DNA of 64,000 bases from an uncultured Acidobacteriota bacterium (GCA_963796275.1 CAWCKY010000004.1:704001-768000); one strand, 5' to 3'; positions 23,328-33,474 are shown, counted from the first letter of the stretch. Notes: a model not told the origin generated them from the sequence alone. Program-made: numbers and translations.

Positions 23328-25199
23328 TTATGGCAAAGCGAAGGCAATAAACGAATCGCCCGACTTCGTCTGCAACTTCCCTCCTCCGCCCGCTGCAATA
23401 ACGACAAACTGTTTGCCCCTGACTTCATAGGTGCACGGCGTCGCATAACCACCTGCGGGAAGCTGGTGCTCCCACAATACCTTGCCAGACCCCTTGCCGA
23501 ACGCGCGAAACTTTTCGTCCTTTGTGCCTCCGATAAAGATCAACCCACCCGCGGTAACTATCGCGCCACCTAAAGTTTCGGTCCCGGTCGGCGGGACGCC
23601 GCGCTCGCTCAGTTCCGCATATTCACCCAATGTCACCCGCCAGCGAATCTCGCCGCTATTGAGATCGATGGCGTTCAACATCCCCCAGGGAGGTTTGACC
23701 GCGGGATAACCATCTTGATCGACGAAGCGATCATAACCGCTGATGCGATAGGGATGCGGTTTACCCGGCGTCGGAATCAAATTCATCACGCGCGGAATAT
23801 TGTTGGTATTCGCGTAGAGCAGACCGGTCTCCGGATCGAAAGCTGCTCCCGCCCAACTGAACCCTCCGTGAAGCCCCGGCAACACGATTGTGCCCTTCAC
23901 GCCGATCGGCGTGAAGATCGGCCCGAGGCGCAATGTCTTTAGTCTCTCGAGCACGTATGCGCGCGACTCTTTCGAAATGTCGGTTACCATCTCTTCCGTG
24001 TATCTCTGCGGGACTAGCGGCGGCGGTTTAACCGGAAATCGCTGCGTCGTCGCTGCCTGCTCGCCGGGCACGTCTGAGGCGGTAACAGGGCGTTCGACGA
24101 TGTCGAACAGCGGATTGCCCGTCACGCGATCGAACAGAAAGAGATGACCGGTCTTGGTGACCTGCGCGACAGCATCGACCTGCCGGCCTGAGTGATTTAC
24201 CGCCACCAGAATCGGCGGCGCGGGCAGATCGTAATCCCAGATGTCGTGTTTGATGATCTGGTAATGCCAGATGCGTTTGCCCGTGCGCGCATCGAGCGCC
24301 ACGATCGAATTGGCGAAAAGATTGTCGCCGTGCCGGTCTCCGCCATAAAAATCGAAAGCCGCTGAACCCAATGCGACAAAGGCCATTCCGCGCTGAACGT
24401 CTACGGTGACGCCGCTCCAAGGGTTCGCTCCGCCGCGGTCCCGCCACGAATCGCCTTTCCAGGTCTCATTTCCGAACTCGCCGGGTCGCGGGACGGTATG
24501 AAAGCGCCAGAGCTCTTTCCCAGATCGCAGGTCGAAGGCGCGCACATCCCCGGGGGCAGAGGGTCCAGGCCCTTCTCCGACCGAAAATCCGACGATGACG
24601 CTATCTTCAAAGATCGCAGGCGGCGATGTCGCGCCGTAAGTAGACTGGCTCAGATCGCGATCCATCCCTCGTCGCAGATCGAGAGCGCCGTTTTCGCCGA
24701 ACTTTGAATCAGGCTTGCCGGTGCGCGCATCGAGCGAGATCAAACGGCCATCGCTCGTTGCCATCACTACTCGGGCAAAGCTTTTCCCCTGTTTGCCCTG
24801 TTTGCCCTGTTCGCCCTGCCAGTAAGCCAAACCGCGATTGACGCCGCCGCCGGCAGCATAGATTTTCGACGACTGAAGCTTCGAGAACGGGTCGAATTTC
24901 CAGATCTCGCGGCCCGTCGCCGCATCGAGCGCGACGACTTTTGCTTTTACCGTGGTGAGATACATTACTCCGTCGACGACGATCGGCGTGCATTCGATAG
25001 TGGTCTGGTTGCCCCCATCTCCGGTGTGATAAGTCCAGGCGGGTTTCAAATCTCTGACATTGCTTAGGTTGATCTGCTTGAGCGTCGAATAGCGCATCCC
25101 TCCTCTATCATTGCCATAGTTAGGCCAATCGGCCTGCGCAAACACAGTTGAGCAAAAAGAGAATAGAAAGAGGAATATCAAAGAGGCATTTATTTTCAT
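23328..25199 (-). CDS. PQQ-dependent dehydrogenase (glucose/quinate/shikimate family)
   Basis: WPNYG, ECTP, VNRG, W.FHTVP.PGE, HDIWDYD and KPPWG...IDL motifs; signal peptide. Confidence 0.92.
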   Translation of the reverse strand: MKINASLIFLFLFSFCSTVFAQADWPNYGNDRGGMRYSTLKQINLSNVRDLKPAWTYHTGDGGNQTTIECTPIVVDGVMYLTTVKAKVVALDAATGREIWKFDPFSKLQSSKIYAAGGGVNRGLAYWQGEQGKQGKQGKSFARVVMATSDGRLISLDARTGKPDSKFGENGALDLRRGMDRDLSQSTYGATSPPAIFEDSVIVGFSVGEGPGPSAPGDVRAFDLRSGKELWRFHTVPRPGEFGNETWKGDSWRDRGGANPWSGVTVDVQRGMAFVALGSAAFDFYGGDRHGDNLFANSIVALDARTGKRIWHYQIIKHDIWDYDLPAPPILVAVNHSGRQVDAVAQVTKTGHLFLFDRVTGNPLFDIVERPVTASDVPGEQAATTQRFPVKPPPLVPQRYTEEMVTDISKESRAYVLERLKTLRLGPIFTPIGVKGTIVLPGLHGGFSWAGAAFDPETGLLYANTNNIPRVMNLIPTPGKPHPYRISGYDRFVDQDGYPAVKPPWGMLNAIDLNSGEIRWRVTLGEYAELSERGVPPTGTETLGGAIVTAGGLIFIGGTKDEKFRAFGKGSGKVLWEHQLPAGGYATPCTYEVRGKQFVVIAAGGGGKLQTKSGDSFIAFALP

Positions 25200-25293
25200 T
25201 GTATGATGCGATGTGGAGGGGAGAACCGGAGGCTGGAGGCTGGGGTTAGAGCCACGAATAGAGAACCCCGGCCCCAGCCGATTCTTTTCTAGC

Positions 25294-26610
25294 TTATCTC
25301 GACGATTGCAGGACTTCGACGGGCTTATCGGTCACTCGTTCCGTTGCCTCGTTGAAATAGATCGCTTTGCCTTCTCGATAAGATTGAACGGCCATACCGA
25401 TCGTCGTCATCGCTTTGTAAGCCGTTAAGGCATCCAGGACCGGTTTCTCACGGGATTTGATGCAACCCAGGAAGTTCTCCATATGACTTTCACGCGGGCC
25501 GGTTTCGATGACCAATTCCTGCTTACCCCACTTCTCGACGAAGGTCTTCTTGGCAATCCCCTCGGCGGTGACGGTGATGTGTTTGACCTTCCCCTCGAAG
25601 CGGCCATCGGGAACCATCATGATCGTGCCTTCGTGACCGCGCACGAGACCCGGGATATGCTGGCTGTTGGCCAGCGATGAGCTGAGAACGAGCGAATGAC
25701 CTTTCGGGAATTCGGCGATGAGGTGGAAAGTGTCCGGCACTTCACGGCCATCCTTAAAAACGTAAATTCCTCCGGATGCCATCACTTTCTGCGGGAATTG
25801 CGGTTCGCCCCAGCAGATATTGAGCGGCGCGACCACGTGATAGAAAAGGTCCGTCGCGATGCCTCCCGAATAGTCCCAATACTTGCGGAAGCGGAAGAAT
25901 CGATCCGCGTCGAATGCGCGCTCCGGGGCGGAACCCAGCCACATCTTCCAATCGATGAAGCCTTCTCCGCCGGCATCAGGCCCCGCCTCAGGATCGATCG
26001 GCCAATTCCATTCCCCTTCCTTCGAATTGCGATGATACGAACCCTGGCTCATCAGCAACTGGCCGATCATCCCATCCTGTATCGCTTTGCGCGCTTTCCA
26101 CCACTGATCGCTCGAAGTCGTATGCGATCCCACCTGGACGATGCGCCTGGTCGCCTTCTGCGTCTCGTAGACGGCCTTCGCCTCCTCGACGGTGCGCGTC
26201 ATGGGCTTCTCCAGATAGATATCTTTACCCGCTTTCATCGCCTCAATCGCCATCTGCGCATGCCAGTGGTCCGGTGTCGCGATGACCACGGCGTCAATAT
26301 CCTTGCGATGAAGGACTTCGCGGTAATCGAGGGTGGTAAATTCGGCGCCGCTCACCTCTTTCGCCTTGGTGACTCGCTTACGATAGACATCGCAGACGGC
26401 GACCACCTGGGCGGGCCGTGATGTTTTACCGACCTCCATCACCCATCGTAAGACGTCGCTCCCACGTCCGCCGACACCGATGATGCCGACGTTGATGCGC
26501 TCATTTGCGCCGAGAATTCGCGTGTGCGCATTGCGAGGGGACACTGTCGTGGCGCCGGCGGCGACGAGGCCAGCCTTGACGAATCGTCTTCGTGCGATTT
26601 TGTCACTCAT
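25294..26610 (-). CDS. Tat-exported Gfo/Idh/MocA oxidoreductase
   Basis: ARRRFVK Tat signal; [16 protein letters not shown] and EKPM motifs. Confidence 0.92.
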   Translation of the reverse strand: MSDKIARRRFVKAGLVAAGATTVSPRNAHTRILGANERINVGIIGVGGRGSDVLRWVMEVGKTSRPAQVVAVCDVYRKRVTKAKEVSGAEFTTLDYREVLHRKDIDAVVIATPDHWHAQMAIEAMKAGKDIYLEKPMTRTVEEAKAVYETQKATRRIVQVGSHTTSSDQWWKARKAIQDGMIGQLLMSQGSYHRNSKEGEWNWPIDPEAGPDAGGEGFIDWKMWLGSAPERAFDADRFFRFRKYWDYSGGIATDLFYHVVAPLNICWGEPQFPQKVMASGGIYVFKDGREVPDTFHLIAEFPKGHSLVLSSSLANSQHIPGLVRGHEGTIMMVPDGRFEGKVKHITVTAEGIAKKTFVEKWGKQELVIETGPRESHMENFLGCIKSREKPVLDALTAYKAMTTIGMAVQSYREGKAIYFNEATERVTDKPVEVLQSSR

Positions 26611-26878
26611 AAATTTCTCCTAAGCTTTGGGGACAACAGACGGCGTGATATTACAATTGCCGTTCCTTCAGATCAACTGAATCTTAGAAACCGAGCCAGA
26701 TGGTGCGATTAAAAATAGTTCTGACACTGGAGACCGCTATGAGATGGGACTCAGACTACCCGACTATCTCGGAGGTCTTGAAGTTGCGAAAACTAGCTAA
26801 TTGTTCTATTTTTCGCAGAGCAACCCGTAATATCTAAAATCTGTAATCAATACATTGGTGTTGTCGAGTTCTCACAAA

Positions 26879-26918
26879 CTCATATCAACTCGTATCAACT
26901 TGTATCAACCTGTATCAA
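26879..26918 (+). repeat. Four 10-bp tandem repeats (CYYRTATCAA) directly upstream of the RBS
   Basis: ctcatatcaa ctcgtatcaa cttgtatcaa cctgtatcaa, followed by GGAG. Confidence 0.7.
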
Positions 26919-26930
26919 GGAGACAAAACA

Positions 26931-27791
26931 ATGACCACCTTCTCCCGTCGCGATCTGCTCATGACCGGCGCGCTGGCTGCTGCCGCAATCCCGACCGTCA
27001 ACCTGTCGTCATTTGCTGCGCCCGCGACTGAAGAGACCGATCCATGGCTGGGCCTGAAGATCGGCGTCGCAACCTACACCGTACGCGAGCTGCCCATTGA
27101 AGAGGCGATCAAGGCCATACAACGAGTCGGATTGAAATACATTTCGATCAAGAATGTAAAAAACCACATCGATCTCAGTCATACGCCCGAGGAGCGCAAG
27201 CAGCGCGCGCAGATGTTCAAGGACGCCGGCCTGATTCCACTGAGCGTCGGCAACGTAGGGATGAAGAATGACGAAGCCGATATCCGCCGCGCTTTCGAAT
27301 ATGCCCGCGACGTCGGCGTTACGACGATGGTCTGTGCGCCGCAGAAAGACTCTATTCCGATCCTCGACAAGATGGTCAAGGAATTCGACATCAAACTCGC
27401 CATTCACAATCACGGGCCGGAGGATAAGCAATTCCCGTCACCATACGACGTATGGAAGGCCGTCGAGAAATACGACAAGCGCATCGGCCTCTGCATCGAC
27501 GTCGGCCACACCGCCCGCGCAAACGTCGATCCGGCCGAGTCCATAATTAAATGCAGCGCGCGTCTTTACGACGTGCACATGAAAGACATCTCCGCGCTCG
27601 GCAATCGCAATACGCCGATCGAAGGCGGACGAGGAATACTCAATACTAAATCTATTCTCGCCGCCCTGCTGAAGATCAAGTACAAGGGCCTGGTCGGTTT
27701 TGAATATGAAAAAGATGCGAAGGATCCGGTGCCCGGACTGGCCGAATCGGTGGGCTACACCAGAGGAGTGCTCGCCGGATTGAAATCGTAA
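26931..27791 (+). CDS. Tat-exported sugar phosphate isomerase/epimerase (AP-endonuclease 2 / IolE-like TIM barrel)
   Basis: SRRDLL Tat signal; AIHNHG, CIDVGH, HMKD and EYE motifs. Confidence 0.9.
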   Translation: MTTFSRRDLLMTGALAAAAIPTVNLSSFAAPATEETDPWLGLKIGVATYTVRELPIEEAIKAIQRVGLKYISIKNVKNHIDLSHTPEERKQRAQMFKDAGLIPLSVGNVGMKNDEADIRRAFEYARDVGVTTMVCAPQKDSIPILDKMVKEFDIKLAIHNHGPEDKQFPSPYDVWKAVEKYDKRIGLCIDVGHTARANVDPAESIIKCSARLYDVHMKDISALGNRNTPIEGGRGILNTKSILAALLKIKYKGLVGFEYEKDAKDPVPGLAESVGYTRGVLAGLKS

Positions 27792-27819
27792 AACAGCTGA
27801 GAAAGCAGTTGTAAAACCA

Positions 27820-27901
27820 GTTGATAGTTGATAATTGTATAGTTGATAGTTGCGCTTCGCTCCCGAAACCAAACAATCAACTCCAAACTATCAACTATCA
27901 A
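27820..27901. repeat. Heptamer hairpin (AGTTGAT)n...(ACTATCA)n between convergent genes
   Basis: gttgatagttgata...caaactatcaactatcaa; probably a bidirectional terminator. Confidence 0.7.
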
Positions 27902-27909
27902 CCTACCAA

Positions 27910-29259
27910 TTATAGGGCGCCGTTCTCCCACGGTCCCCAGATCGCGAGAGTGATACCGGGAGTCTGGATGTTGACGAACAACGTCTCGCCATCTGGACTG
28001 AAGGTTGCTCCGGCGAATTCGGATCCCGTGAACCCCGGTACCGTATTCATTGCGAATTTGAAAATCTCTCCGCGCCTCGTCAAACCGTGGAGGAATTCTT
28101 GACCGCCACCGTCCTCACAGAGCACCAATCCCCCACCCGGGCTGACGCAGACGTTATCGGGACTATCGAGCACATCGGCGCTCGGCGATTCAAAGAGCAG
28201 CTCCAACTCGCCCCCCGATCTGCCTCGGGGCGTGTATTGCCATACTTGTCCGCTCCCGACATTGCCGCCGTTGGTTGAGATGAAAAAGACGCTCCCGTTG
28301 CCATACCATGCGCCTTCCAGCCTCGTGAAGATGGCTCCACCTTTGGCAGCTCCCTGTTTGTAGACAGCGAGGGGATCCGTTTCGGCATTGGCGGGATCGG
28401 GATCATCGATATCCACCCAGGTGACGCGCAGAGGCTCTTGCGGCTGCTGGCCCGTCCTCGTGTCGTAGTTCGGCTGATCTTTGATCGCCAGCATCTGCAG
28501 ACGGCCGCCTGCCGCGAGCTGTTTCCGGCGGCGTGGAGTGTACCGATAGAACCCGCACTCCGGATTTCGGTCTTCAGTCTCATAAACAATGCCCGTGTGG
28601 GAATCGATGGCGATGGCCTCGTGAACGAAGCGTCCCATCGCTTTGATAGGAACCGGAATGACCGTGCGGTTGGATTTCGCGGATACTTCAAAGACATATC
28701 CGTGAGGTTTACTTAAGCCGCTGGCGAGCCCCGCAACCGTCTCTTCGCACGTGATCCATGAATCCCAGGGCGTTCGGCCTCCGGCGCAGTTGGTCAGCGT
28801 TCCACTGATGCTGACGAAATCCCTGATCGGCAATCGCGTATCCGGATCGATGATAAGCGTGGTGGTTCCGCCGCCGGTCATCATGTCATAGGCTCTCGAT
28901 GGATCGATAGCAGCGCCCGCCCCCTCCTCGTGATTGCGAACCAACCTGATCTTGCAGTCGTCGTCTTCGAAAGCTGCCATTCCATCGTGTGACCCCGGCG
29001 TCGGTCTGCCATCTGACATAATCGTGCCGGTCCTTCCGAACGCGTTGTATTTGAATCCCGCGGGCAGAGCCAGGAGAATCTCACCGGTATTTTCTGAAGG
29101 CGTGGGTATGAGCTCTCCGTAATCCCCCGCACGCTCGTCCTTCTTCTTATGATGATCGTTCGTTGCCGCCAATGCGCCACGCGCGGCGAAGCTTTGCATC
29201 GCCAGTGCAACTCCCGTCGTCTGAACAGTCCGACTCAAAAATTTTCTGCGATTTATCAT
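27910..29259 (-). CDS. phoX: PhoX-family (DUF839) alkaline phosphatase, Tat-exported
   Basis: NRRKFL Tat signal; LVRNHE, NCAGG.TPW...TCEE, GRFVHEA, PDN and CEDG motifs. Confidence 0.85.
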   Translation of the reverse strand: MINRRKFLSRTVQTTGVALAMQSFAARGALAATNDHHKKKDERAGDYGELIPTPSENTGEILLALPAGFKYNAFGRTGTIMSDGRPTPGSHDGMAAFEDDDCKIRLVRNHEEGAGAAIDPSRAYDMMTGGGTTTLIIDPDTRLPIRDFVSISGTLTNCAGGRTPWDSWITCEETVAGLASGLSKPHGYVFEVSAKSNRTVIPVPIKAMGRFVHEAIAIDSHTGIVYETEDRNPECGFYRYTPRRRKQLAAGGRLQMLAIKDQPNYDTRTGQQPQEPLRVTWVDIDDPDPANAETDPLAVYKQGAAKGGAIFTRLEGAWYGNGSVFFISTNGGNVGSGQVWQYTPRGRSGGELELLFESPSADVLDSPDNVCVSPGGGLVLCEDGGGQEFLHGLTRRGEIFKFAMNTVPGFTGSEFAGATFSPDGETLFVNIQTPGITLAIWGPWENGAL

Positions 29260-29774
29260 ATGCCTCCTACGAATGATAAGTTGTTCGATTACTTTTCCGT
29301 GAATTTTACAGTCGTCTTGGTTAAACCGGCGGTACCCAGTTTAACCGTGAGTAAAGAATCGAGTGGAATGAAAGAAGCCTGTGTAACAGATTATATTTAA
29401 ATATTGATCAGGAGCGCGTAAAATCTCTGTAAAATTAAGAAGTAGTAACCGGCGAGTTTCAGCTTTCAAATAGCAAATAGAAGTTAAAATCGCCAGCTTT
29501 ATACAGCATCCGGCTCATATCGAATTATGGTTTTTAAATCCCCCGCGACGCCCGCCGCGCAGCCAATCCCCCTTCGTTTTGTAACTTTTTTGTGATTTTC
29601 ATCGTGGTAGATGGCATGTTTTGGAGGTCTCCATTCACTGAAGAATTGAGAAGGATACTTCAGAATGGATTCACAATTGTGGTTAGATTGGCTTCTCCAC
29701 CAGCTGTGCCTTTGTTGAAGACATCTAAATCCGGGAGGAGTGGCAAAGAGCTCATTCGAGGAAGGAAATTGTAG

Positions 29775-31259
29775 ATGGCTGGTTCGTACAAGCCCGGTCC
29801 CCTAGGCCGGGATCCAGAGATTCAAGATTTGAATGATGGAACGTTGATCCGGAGACTATCGCCATGTCCTGGACCCATTGGAACCAAGGCCGCTTCGATT
29901 GCCGGCTGCCGAGGTAATCCTACCGTCTCTTCACTCACCACACCGCCCTTCCGCAGGAGAGCTTCACGAAGTACGCCGCAAGTACTGCGGCAAGGAAGTC
30001 GAGGTTTAGATGTTCAAAAACTTCAAAGGCTGATCAATGCACGCTTGACACCGACACCGAATCTCACTATCGATGGCGTTTTCAGCCCTTCCACTCATCA
30101 AGCGGTGCTCCAGTACCAACAAGGTATCTCCCTTCTTGCTGACGGAATCGTAGGGAAGGACACCTGGTACTACCTTTTGAAGGGTGACAGGGCCACTGCC
30201 CGTCCAGTATCTGTTCTGAATATGCAATCTACCGTCGGTGGACCGAATGCTATTCCGAGGAGCCCTACAGCGTCTCAGCCGTCCACCGCTGCGCCCTTGT
30301 TCGCGGTAGCAGGGGGAGTTTGGGAATGGCCTCTGGAAGATAAATTCGCTGAGGTTTTGCATCGTACTCTGGATAAGCTGCCTGGCAGCATGCGTCACGA
30401 ATTCGAAGCGCTCTTGCGCCCTACCAGTCTCGCGATCATGGCGGGTATTCTGGTTATTTGGGCGGGATCACATGCGTTCGGCGTCGGGGAAATTGTCGAT
30501 GTCATACTTCTGGTTGGGGGGGTATTTTACCTCGGGATGGCTGTTTTTGATGTCGCGGGAGAGTTAGGCGATTTTCTTGTCGTAACGTCCACCGCAGAGG
30601 ATGAAAATGATCTCGATGAGGCAGCATCACATTTGGCGAGAGCGATAGCCATCATCGGTGTCGCCGCCTTCATCGCGCTGCTCACAAAGTTTATCAGAGG
30701 AAGAGGGGGCAAGAGCGCCGCTGAGGAGACTTCACGGAAGCCGTCAATGACCGAGCCATCGCCTGAAGCAGCTCGTCCAAAATCTTATGCGAAATCGATG
30801 CCCAGGCCCAAGACTGCGAGGAAGGTTCCCCCCGGTCACACAAAACCGACCGGATCACCGGGCGGGAAGCCCACAGGCAAGCGCACAAAAATCCGCGATC
30901 GGGATGACCCGGACACCAAGCGGTCCTTGCAACGGGAAAACGATTCCGCCGACGTGCTGGCGAACGCGGGATACAGGGTTGAACAGAACCCGAAGGTGCC
31001 CGGTGGTAAGAACCCTGACTATCTAATCGAGGGGAAGCGATTCGATAACAAGGCTCCGAAGACCGCGCGCCCACGAAATGCCGCGAGCGAGATGGAGGAA
31101 GCAGTTAATGAGGGGCAAGCCGACCGAATCGTGTTAAATCTTGAAGACAGTCCGATTCAACTGGGCGCGATGAAGAAGCAGTTGGACGACTGGCAGATCG
31201 AGGGGCTCAAGGAAGTAATCGTCATCAAGGATGGGCAGGTCATTCCCTTCTGGCCCTAA
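29775..31259 (+). CDS. Polymorphic toxin: PG-binding domain, hydrophobic helical region, CdiA-C-like PD-(D/E)XK nuclease (putative tRNase)
   Basis: LRQGSRG.DV..LQ...DG.F...T..AV..YQ....ADGIVGKDTW (PG_binding_1); C-terminal ENDSADVLA..GY.VEQNP...NPDYLIEG..FD.KAP...QA.RIVLNL. Confidence 0.8.
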   Translation: MAGSYKPGPLGRDPEIQDLNDGTLIRRLSPCPGPIGTKAASIAGCRGNPTVSSLTTPPFRRRASRSTPQVLRQGSRGLDVQKLQRLINARLTPTPNLTIDGVFSPSTHQAVLQYQQGISLLADGIVGKDTWYYLLKGDRATARPVSVLNMQSTVGGPNAIPRSPTASQPSTAAPLFAVAGGVWEWPLEDKFAEVLHRTLDKLPGSMRHEFEALLRPTSLAIMAGILVIWAGSHAFGVGEIVDVILLVGGVFYLGMAVFDVAGELGDFLVVTSTAEDENDLDEAASHLARAIAIIGVAAFIALLTKFIRGRGGKSAAEETSRKPSMTEPSPEAARPKSYAKSMPRPKTARKVPPGHTKPTGSPGGKPTGKRTKIRDRDDPDTKRSLQRENDSADVLANAGYRVEQNPKVPGGKNPDYLIEGKRFDNKAPKTARPRNAASEMEEAVNEGQADRIVLNLEDSPIQLGAMKKQLDDWQIEGLKEVIVIKDGQVIPFWP

Positions 31260-31275
31260 GGAAAGGAGCAGAACA

Positions 31276-31716
31276 ATGTCAATCAGTTATACACTTAGGA
31301 TATCAGGGCAGACACAGTTCAGCGAACTGGCAAAACGGCTCTGCAGCGTGCCGGAGTACCAGCAAGCCGCCGAAGGCATTATCGTCCCCGGTCTGCAAGT
31401 ACATATCGACCCGGTAAGTCCACTGGAGATAGAGATGATCGTAGAGGAGTTTGGGTTTACGCCCACAGCATGTGTGTCGTTTCGTTGGGACAAGGAGACC
31501 GAACTTGTGTCGGTGCGCACCAGCTTACTGCGGGGATGCGTTGCCCTATTGGAAGGCAACACTGACGACGCCGTCCTGTTGTTCAATGGCGAGATCGTCA
31601 TTTTGCTGCGCCGAAACGGCAGACTCGTGCTCAACCCGTTGGAGGGATTCTGGACTGATGAGATGCTTAAGGTGATCCCTGCACCTATCGAGTTCGAGTC
31701 CCTCCCGAGTATCTGA
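31276..31716 (+). CDS. Cognate immunity protein (SitI3-like)
   Basis: Directly follows the toxin with an AAGGAG RBS; MSISY.L...EEFGFTPT..VSFR.DK...DAVLLFNGE...LLRR.G.L.LN resembles SitI3-type immunity proteins from recall. Confidence 0.7.
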   Translation: MSISYTLRISGQTQFSELAKRLCSVPEYQQAAEGIIVPGLQVHIDPVSPLEIEMIVEEFGFTPTACVSFRWDKETELVSVRTSLLRGCVALLEGNTDDAVLLFNGEIVILLRRNGRLVLNPLEGFWTDEMLKVIPAPIEFESLPSI

Positions 31717-31834
31717 TCTCGGGCATCGTCGCTCGAACACCAGAGATGATCGAGGAGATCAATCAACGGGTGGAGTCCTGCGCGAGCAGGCTTGAACGTA
31801 ATTGACGCGACATCGCGTCGCACCACGTTGCGCG

Positions 31835-31948
31835 CTATTCATATCTCAGCGCTACTATCGGATCGACTTTCGCCGCCCAGCGCGCAGGAGCCGGCTTCTT
31901 GAACGACATCCGCAGACCAAAGCGCACGTAATGAAAGAAGCTTCGCAT
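31835..31948 (-). CDS. 37-aa 'mini-ADOP': ADOP permease N-terminus fused in frame to an ADOP C-terminus (microprotein or deletion remnant)
   Basis: AGGAGG RBS; MRSFFHYVRFGLRMSFKKP-A-PARWAAKVDPIVALRYE*. Compare [19 protein letters not shown] and [17 protein letters not shown] in this window. Confidence 0.75.
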   Translation of the reverse strand: MRSFFHYVRFGLRMSFKKPAPARWAAKVDPIVALRYE

Positions 31949-32212
31949 CAAATACCTCCTGAAGATATTGGATAATTGATAATTCGTGTACACCGTGGCA
32001 ACAATTTATACGAATTATCTTATACGAATTTGCCATTATCCATTCCTTTCCTTTCTATACCGATTACTAACTCAACCAAATCGCGTGCCAATCATTCTGA
32101 TCGTTCAAATGTTGTTGTAGCTCGATTTAAGATAATGATTCAGGCTCAAACGCATCACCCGTGGTGCATTTCCGGGAATGGTGTTTCCCATTATCCGATA
32201 AGCAGGTTTTTC

Positions 32213-32269
32213 TTGCCGAAGCCCGTCAAATCTATATACAATGCCCGCGGTGTTCGGCGTTAGGGTAAG
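32213..32269 (+). promoter_or_regulatory. sigma70-type promoter TTGCCG-N18-TACAAT plus conserved GGCGTTAGGGTAAG motif
   Basis: Same layout as 55855-55911, upstream of the paralogous gene. Confidence 0.55.
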
Positions 32270-32373
32270 CGATCGATCTTTCGACTCACAAAGTACCCAC
32301 TTAAATGGTGAAGCGGCCTCGGCGTAATTTCTTATTCTTCATCCGAGATGCTCAATATCCAGGAGCGGCGTCA

Positions 32374-33474
32374 ATGTTCAGCCTCACGCGCATCTTCCTA
32401 ACCGGCGTCATAAATTTGCTATTTTTCGTCATCGTTTGCGCACAGAGTCCCTCGGTGCGCACGGCCTCGATCAGCGGGCGCGTCGCAGTCGGTGGGAAGC
32501 CGGCAGGCAATGCCAGGGTGACTGCAGTCGAGGTCGAACCGAAAGTTAATGGCGCCAGAACCATCCAAGCTAATGGGCGCGAGGTCGTCGATCGGCTCGG
32601 GTATAAAACTACGACCGATGCGGATGGCAGCTATCTTTTTACAAGCCTGCCGGCGGGGCGATATAAGATATCGGCAATGACACCGGCGTACCTGCCCGAG
32701 GATAGAGATCAGCTGGACACTGGCGAACGACAGATAACTTTAGACGAAGGCGAAGCCCGCAAGCAGGTGGACTTCGCCTTGATACGCGGCGGAGTGATTA
32801 CGGGGCGTGTGACCGATGCCGAGAGCAGGCCCCAGATCAGGGTGCGCGTCAAGTTGACCCTATTGCTCGATAATGGGCAAGAAAACGAGGTTTGGCACGA
32901 AAGGCAGACGTTTACAACCGATGACCGCGGAATCTATCGAGTCTACGGCCTGCGAGCGGGACGATATATCGTCGGCGCGGGAAGCGAAAACATATCCAAT
33001 GGCAAAAAGTTTGAACTGACCTATCATCCGAACACGACCGATGCGGCACAGGCACGGATCATCGAGGTGAAAGAGGGGGGCGAGGTTGAGGGGATCGATA
33101 TCAAACTGAGGAATGCCGAAAAGACTTATGAAGTCGTGGGCCGGCTGATCGATGCGGAGACCGGAAAGGCAGTCCCGGAAATCAGAGTCTTTTGCCATAA
33201 GGTGACGGGGCCGGAAGATAACTCCGGGGGTAGCACCGTGTCGAGCGCGTTAACCGACATTCAGGGCAATTTTCGCATTACCGGAGTGAGACCAGGTAAA
33301 TACAGAGCGATATTGTGCTGGTGGGATGGAGACAATCCCAGCAAGCTTTACGACTTGAATATCGCCGATGCCGACCCGCAAATAGACTCGCCGCGTATGC
33401 GATGCCGGCTCGCCCTCCAGCTTCGCACCCACGCTGAACGGGCCTTGCCGCTGGGTGTCAGGTCCAAATGCTGA
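32374..33474 (+). pseudogene. 3'-truncated carboxypeptidase-regulatory-like domain protein (paralog of 55973..57658)
   Basis: Close similarity to the 561-aa paralog up to GKYR (~33305); then it reads into the antisense of the convergent gene. Confidence 0.7.

Noticed and set aside
24786-24818. 9-bp tandem repeat (GEQGKQGKQGK) in the PQQ dehydrogenase
   Set aside because: An in-frame loop expansion with no sign of phase variation.
31287-31826. 179-aa minus-strand ORF
   Set aside because: Antisense to the immunity gene, which has the RBS, operon position and family resemblance.
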